DNA from: Schizosaccharomyces osmophilus
Lineage: Eukaryota
Direction: 5' to 3'
DNA length: 64,000 nt
Assembly: GCF_027921745.1 (NCBI RefSeq)
Contig: NC_079240.1
Location: 1,612,001 to 1,676,000, forward strand
Shown here: in pieces, positions 58,129 through 64,000 of the stretch
Layout: each line of letters opens with the position of its first letter
Position numbering within the stretch: position 1 is the stretch's first letter
Notes under the pieces: generated by a model
Seen by the model: the letters and a program-made list of their open reading frames with translations, nothing else
Database searches by the model: none
What the model was told of the DNA's origin: nothing
Program-made: the position numbers and the translations under genes

Positions 58129-60137
58129 ATGAAAGCCGCTGTTAGATCCGTGTATGTGAAGAACTTACAAACTGTTGTGGAAAGAAGGAAAGAAAAAATT
58201 GATTATAATGGATTGCTGAAAATAGAAAATTTGCTTAGCTTTAATTTTGGCCGGATTCGTTTTGTGAGTATGCTTCATCGTTGCGCGGCAGAACGATATC
58301 CGACATAGGCTTCACCCTTTCTTTCCTTCTTTACGAAGACAGATGAATTTGTAGCAATTTTCTAAGAGTCAGACTTGACTAACTGCTTTCTAGGAAAAAC
58401 TTTTCGAAAGGCTATACAGACACCCAGGTCAAAGTTCGAAATGCCACCACAAATGATGCGTGGGGACCGAGTGGCAGCGCTATGGCAGAAATTGCTGCTT
58501 TGACTTTTGACCAAAATGAAATGCTAGAAGTAGTAGACATCATCGACCGTCGATTGAATGATAAAGGAAAAAACTGGAGACATGTCTTTAAATCCTTGTC
58601 GCTGTTGGAATACTGTCTTCACAGTGGATCCGAAAATGTCGTCCGATGGGCTAAGGACAATATTTATATTATTACAACCTTGCGTGAATTTGTCTTTGTC
58701 GATGAGCATGGACACGATCAAGGTCAAAATGTCCGTAGTAAGGCAAAGGAGATTAGCGCACTTTTATCCGACGACGAGAATCTACGTGAAGCGCGTAGAA
58801 ACCATGATGGTATGCAATCTCGTCTCCGCGATGGCAGCTTAAGTCCACCTTACGAAGAATCTCATTATTCACGCACTCCCAATCGTCGTGATGATGACGA
58901 TGATGACGATGAAGGACGTTCACGTTCCAGGTATCGCAGTAGATCGCGTCGTCCTTCTGGTCGCTCTCGCTCCCGCCGTAGTCGTCGACTGTCTCCCACT
59001 AGCGACCAAGATGACGATTCTGAGCTCCGCCGCGTAATCGAAGAATCTAAGCGACAGGCAGATGAAGATGCTCGCAGACGCTCAATGAATAGTAACTCTG
59101 AAGCTGACCTTCAAAAGGCAATTCAGCTTTCAAAAGAAGAAGAAGAAACTAGGCTACGACACCAGCGCGAACGCGAGCAGCAGTTGCCTTCCTCAGCTCC
59201 TGCTTTTCAACCTGTTGATTTTTTTGGTAACCCTGTTCAACCTCAGCCAACTGGCCTTTTGCAACAGCAACCAACTGGCTTTATACGTCCACAAACCACT
59301 GGTTTTGTTCAGCCGCAACCTACTGGGTTTGTGTATCCGCAAAATACTGGGTATGTTCAGCCTCAGCACACTGGGGGTTACCCTCAACATACTGGTATGA
59401 TGCGTCCTCAGCATACAGGTTTCATGCAGCCGCAACATACTGGATATATTCAACCACAACACACCGGGTTTTCTCAGCCAGTTGACTCCAATAACCCCTT
59501 TCCGTTGATGCACCCCAGTCGCACAGGTTTCGCTCAATCTCATCCCGTTCAACTTATGCCTCCTAATCACACCGGCTATGTTCAACCTCAGAACACAGGA
59601 TTTCGTCCACAGAACACGGGATTGAATATGAATAATCCCTACTCTCGTCCTTTGCAATCTCAAAGTACGGGCTTCATGAAACCGCAACTTACACAGCCTC
59701 AACCGCAACCACAACCTCAGTTGGAAACCACGAAAACTGGTTCCAACAATCCATTTGCCCAATTTGCTAAATTGCCTTCCCAACCAGCTGCTGCTCCTGC
59801 GAATGTTAAGCCAATAAGACAGGTGCGAACTGGAGATGACAAACATGCCAATATTGCTCAAGCCATCGCATCTGGTAACCCTACCGGTGTTGATAGCTTT
59901 GGTAATATTGGTCTTGCTCGATTACCTTCGCAGCATACTGGTTCAAGATTCACCAACAGTGCTGGCCAAACAATTCAGTCGCAAGCTACCGGAAATACAC
60001 TCAATCCTTTCCATACTCAACCTACTGGGGTTCAGCAGCCGATGTACTCATATCCACAAAATATGAATGGAAGCTCGCAACAGAGTATGCAGCAACAATC
60101 TATGCAGCCCCAAGTCGGCTCGCTCATTGATTTATAA
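58129..60137 (+). CDS. ent1: Epsin Ent1 (intron 58152-58393)
   Basis: ENTH domain (KVRNATTNDAWGPSG, WRHVFKSLSLLEY), UIM-like DLQKAIQLSKEE, PQxTG repeats, NPF motifs, C-terminal clathrin box SLIDL. Confidence 0.95.
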
Positions 60138-60606
60138 TTTAATCCTCCCTTTTAGGTCCTTTTCATTTGTTAATGAACGTTTTAATGATGGTCCTTCTCT
60201 TTTTGTTAATAAATTTCATGAAAGTTTGCTATCAATTTATCTTGTTTCAAGCTATGCTATTCTATTACGTGCTATCTTCCGCCCGTTTTTTATGATTTTT
60301 AAAACGTAACACAGAAAAAAGTTGTTTTCATGGAGAATTGCATTTGTAATGCTTCCTTCCTTACAGCTGCTTTTGTTACATTGTAATGCTATTTAAGCGG
60401 AATGATTGTCAACTTTTTGCGCTCATTATAAGCAGTGTCTTTACATTTGAATTGTCTTAACAATTGTAGTACGGAATAATATATTATTATTTTCAAAACA
60501 AAATTTTAAGGTTAGTTCTAAATTAAACGTAAGCAATGCTATTATATTATAATCTTTAACCCCATCACTTTTTCATAAACGCTAGAAGAAACAAAAGTAC
60601 AGTTTT

Positions 60607-63600
60607 TCATTTTGAAATATCCTTCTTGTTAGAATCATCACGTTGGCGTTTGGCCTGACCTGCATTTTTGCCGGTTGCTATTCGTTTGGAAGCACCTGTG
60701 ATAGATAATTTTCCACCTTCTGGCTTCATTGGTACAGGTCGAGCTACAGCGGGTTTAGCAACATTTGGCTTCTGCTTATTGCCGGTTGCTTGTAATCTAG
60801 AACTTAGAGATTTAGCAGGCTGATCACCTTGATTAGATGTCTGAGAAGACTCTTTGCCTTTCACAACATTAGGCTTCGAAGAGCTTTCTGCAGTCTTTTG
60901 TGTTTTTATCTGTTCGTCCAGGCGGCTAATTGTCCCTTCAAGTTCTGCAACCTTTGATTGTAGGTCTCTAGTTTTTTTCTCGTAAATTGATAACTTCGCC
61001 TTGTTACGAATTTCTGTCTCAGCGACAGCTCTGTTGAGTCGATTTTTGAAAGTCTCATCTTTTTCTTGTAATGCCTTTTCTAATCTTTCCTTTACTAGGA
61101 CTTCAAGTTCTGGCTCAGATTTATCATTTGATGTGCTCTTCAGGGATTGCAAATCAGATTCGAGTTTTTGCATTGTTGTCTGACTCTTGTTCAGCTCCTT
61201 TTGAAGACTTTCACGTTCTTTAGATTTTTCTTCTAAAAGTTTTGAGCGCATATCTTCCAAGGATGCATCCTTTTCTTTATTGAAGTCACTCTTCAGCGTC
61301 TCTAATTTTCGCTGGAAATCAATAGCTTCAGGATGATCTGATGGTATTTGCTGAAGTTGTGCGTCTTTGACAGAAGCTAGTTCTTGCGAAAGTGTATTCA
61401 TTTGTTGAGAAAACTTTTCGTTCTCCTGTATCTTCTGTTCCAGTTGCTTTTCTAATTCCTGAGAGTGGCTTGCATTAGAAGACAACTCACTTTCTTTTTG
61501 TTTACTCAAAGATTCTAAGCTTTCCTTAGCAGCAGAAAGTTCTTTCTCCAATGAGTCTTTTAGCTGCTCCAATTGTTGAAATTCATTTTTAGAAACTGTT
61601 TCTTTCGATTCGACAGAATTTGTCTTCGTTTCTGCACGGAGAATTTCGAGTTCTTTCGAAAGGTTTTTATTCTCATCTTTTTGGGAACCTAATTCCTTAT
61701 CCCTTGTTGTAATCTCCTGTCTTAATTGAGAGAACCTAGCTTTGCTTGAATTGATAAGACTTTCATAACGTTCGTTCCAAGCACTAGCCAACTTGACATT
61801 CTTTGCATTTAGTTGTTCAATTTCCATTTTCAAAGCCGATATTTGCTCCGAATCTCCTTTGAGCTTCTCATCCTCTTCCTTCAGCTTTTGAAACGCAGAT
61901 TCTAGCTCTTGCTTTTCAGCATGAAGATGGTCAAACTTGGTCTTGAGTTCTTCATATTGAGATGGATCCATTCTTTCATATCTAGTCAAAACAGATTGAA
62001 ACCGTGTTTTCCATCTTTCGTTATCTTCATGGAGTAGTTTTATGCTCTCATTCTTGGCATCTACCTCGATTTTGAGATCGTTAATTTCAACATTTAATGA
62101 CTCAAATTTGCTCTCAACGTCAATAAGCTTGGATTCTGTAGCATTGATCTTTGTGCGTTTTGATTCATTCTCTTTGCGAAGGACTTCATTGCTCTCATAT
62201 AACAGACGAAGTTCGTCAGACCCACTTAGAAACTCTCGTTTTTGAGAGTCGTCGGTATCCGCGGATCCCCTCAGCCTGGCAATCTCGAAGCTCAAAGAAT
62301 CGATGGTCCCTTGAAGACTTTTTACCTGCTGACTTAATCGTTTATTATCCAGCGAAGCTAACTCGTGTTTATTGGCAGTGATTTCTTTTTCGTGACGAAG
62401 ATAATTGACGAGCTCACGTAGCTCGCCGCCTCCAGTAGGATCCATTTTGGATATAAGCGCTGTATCTTCGGAAGAATTGTTTTGTAAAAATTCCACTTGA
62501 TGACTGACAGAATCAAATTGAGAATGAAGTATTCTATTTTGGGATTCCAAACCATCCAGCTGTTCTTTTAATGAGGCTAATTCGAATTCCAAATTATCCT
62601 TTTGTTTTTTCCAATTACCTTCTGAGTTTGCATGCGTACTCGTCCATTCCTCAGATTTAGACTTTAACTCGAGATAGTTCGCTTTGACTTCTTCAAATTC
62701 ACTGCGCATGTCAAAAAGTTTTTGAGTAGTAGAACCATGGTTTATAATTTCGGTCTCAAAATTTGAATGAGCTTCTCTGGCTAATTGTATCTGTTTCTCC
62801 AAGTCATTTTTCAGAGTACTTACTATTTTCTCGGACTCATCACGAATAAGCTGATTTTCCTCCTTATAATTCATCAATTCATCTTTTTCCCTGGTTAAAC
62901 TCTCAATTTGGGTCATTAACTCACGACTTTTTAGATCTTTGTCTTGTCGGGTCACGTTAACATCTTGCTTCAACTGACAAACTTCCGCGTAAAGGTTTTT
63001 AATCTTGTCTTCTTTCTCTTTTAACTCTAACTCCATGATATGCTTGAATTGATCATGAGTTTCATTCATCAATTCCAACGTTTTTTCAGATGCTAAACAC
63101 TTTTGCTGAAGCTTTTGATATTCATCACCGAGGTGTTGAAGTTCGCTTTTAGCTGTCTCTAAATCTTTTTTAAGATTATCTGTATCAGACGTAACTGGAT
63201 CTCCGGATGATTTCGAAGATAGAAAACTCGTTTGTAAATTCATGTATCTTTCTTGAGTCAATCTCAAGTTATCCTTGAGTTCCCGATTTTCGCTAACAAG
63301 ACTTGTGCAGCGAGTAACCTGAGATGTGAGCTCTTGCTTTAGCTCGGAAACTTTGATTCCCATGGTATTCAATTGCATCTGGTAGTCTTTTATATTGTAA
63401 GAATTCTGCAGAGTAATATTCTTAATGTCATCAGTGTATTCGGAAATCTTAGCATTTGCATTTCTTAAATCCACAGAACACTCAGCGAGACGATTATTCA
63501 ATAAATTAACGATCCCATCATGGTCTTGCTCGCGAAATTGTAACTGTGCTTTTAATTGGTTGTTTTCTTGCTGAACAGATAACAGGGAAGCGTTAAGTTG

Positions 63601-64000
63601 CGAGCATTCGAAGCTTATTTTCGATTCGACACTGTTCCAAAGATTCTTCTCATTGTGCAAATTTTCTAGATCATACCGATAAATTTCCACTTGCTTTGTA
63701 TACACGCTTAACTGACCAGATATAGCTTGATATTCTTGTAAACTATTATGGTATTGTTCTTGCAAAAATTTATACTTTTCGTGTAGTACACTGTTCTCTT
63801 CTTCGTTTGTTTTCAATTTAAGATCACAATGATTGCACTTTTCAATGGCCTTAGCCAAATCAACCTTTATGGTTGAATTAAGATTTTGCAAGTCAAAATT
63901 AGCGGCTTCCAAAGATTTGAGTTTCTCCAATAGTTTCTTCTCTTTTTCATTTGCAACGTATTTGAAGCTTTCTAATTCGTCCGTTAATAAGTCAAGCTGT
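60607..64000 (-). CDS. nup211: Tpr/Mlp-like nuclear basket coiled-coil protein Nup211 (5' part beyond the window end)
   Basis: >1100 aa coiled coil with Tpr/Mlp motifs (NFETEIINHG, LRELVNYLRHEKEI, LLYESNEVLR, DNERWKTRFQSVL); next to ent1. Confidence 0.88.
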   Translation of the reverse strand, partial: QLDLLTDELESFKYVANEKEKKLLEKLKSLEAANFDLQNLNSTIKVDLAKAIEKCNHCDLKLKTNEEENSVLHEKYKFLQEQYHNSLQEYQAISGQLSVYTKQVEIYRYDLENLHNEKNLWNSVESKISFECSQLNASLLSVQQENNQLKAQLQFREQDHDGIVNLLNNRLAECSVDLRNANAKISEYTDDIKNITLQNSYNIKDYQMQLNTMGIKVSELKQELTSQVTRCTSLVSENRELKDNLRLTQERYMNLQTSFLSSKSSGDPVTSDTDNLKKDLETAKSELQHLGDEYQKLQQKCLASEKTLELMNETHDQFKHIMELELKEKEDKIKNLYAEVCQLKQDVNVTRQDKDLKSRELMTQIESLTREKDELMNYKEENQLIRDESEKIVSTLKNDLEKQIQLAREAHSNFETEIINHGSTTQKLFDMRSEFEEVKANYLELKSKSEEWTSTHANSEGNWKKQKDNLEFELASLKEQLDGLESQNRILHSQFDSVSHQVEFLQNNSSEDTALISKMDPTGGGELRELVNYLRHEKEITANKHELASLDNKRLSQQVKSLQGTIDSLSFEIARLRGSADTDDSQKREFLSGSDELRLLYESNEVLRKENESKRTKINATESKLIDVESKFESLNVEINDLKIEVDAKNESIKLLHEDNERWKTRFQSVLTRYERMDPSQYEELKTKFDHLHAEKQELESAFQKLKEEDEKLKGDSEQISALKMEIEQLNAKNVKLASAWNERYESLINSSKARFSQLRQEITTRDKELGSQKDENKNLSKELEILRAETKTNSVESKETVSKNEFQQLEQLKDSLEKELSAAKESLESLSKQKESELSSNASHSQELEKQLEQKIQENEKFSQQMNTLSQELASVKDAQLQQIPSDHPEAIDFQRKLETLKSDFNKEKDASLEDMRSKLLEEKSKERESLQKELNKSQTTMQKLESDLQSLKSTSNDKSEPELEVLVKERLEKALQEKDETFKNRLNRAVAETEIRNKAKLSIYEKKTRDLQSKVAELEGTISRLDEQIKTQKTAESSSKPNVVKGKESSQTSNQGDQPAKSLSSRLQATGNKQKPNVAKPAVARPVPMKPEGGKLSITGASKRIATGKNAGQAKRQRDDSNKKDISK

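Noticed and set aside
59193..59861. 222-aa antisense ORF and repeat array in ent1
   Set aside because: Shadow of the PQxTG coding repeats, a normal feature of endocytic adaptors; no constant repeat-spacer structure, so not CRISPR-like.

Overview
Gene-dense, intron-containing, AT-rich eukaryotic DNA from a fission yeast (Schizosaccharomyces). It is not S. pombe itself: proteins such as Adh1 differ from the S. pombe sequences I recall, so the octosporus/cryophilus/osmophilus clade is likely. About 30 protein genes and one tRNA-Lys(UUU) match orthologs on S. pombe chromosome III (cosmid blocks SPCC285, SPCC663, SPCC162/13B11, SPCC777; assigned from memory, not by search). Most are housekeeping genes. 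Main points: (1) an intronless stand-alone NRPS-like adenylation-thiolation-reductase enzyme lacking the amino-acid-binding Asp, head-to-head with the ABCB exporter pmd1 across a 1.9-kb spacer with seven co-oriented forkhead/FLEX motifs, a candidate meiotically regulated synthesis-plus-export unit; (2) two spliced genes missed by the ORF track, a 65-aa SCOC/Slo1-like coiled-coil protein and mitochondrial bL9; (3) synteny junctions that appear to coincide with wtf meiotic-driver loci in S. pombe; (4) a possible decayed retrotransposon integrase fragment; (5) a 9-nt micro-exon in cgs2 and an in-frame, stop-free intron in gtr2. Exon boundaries were read by eye.
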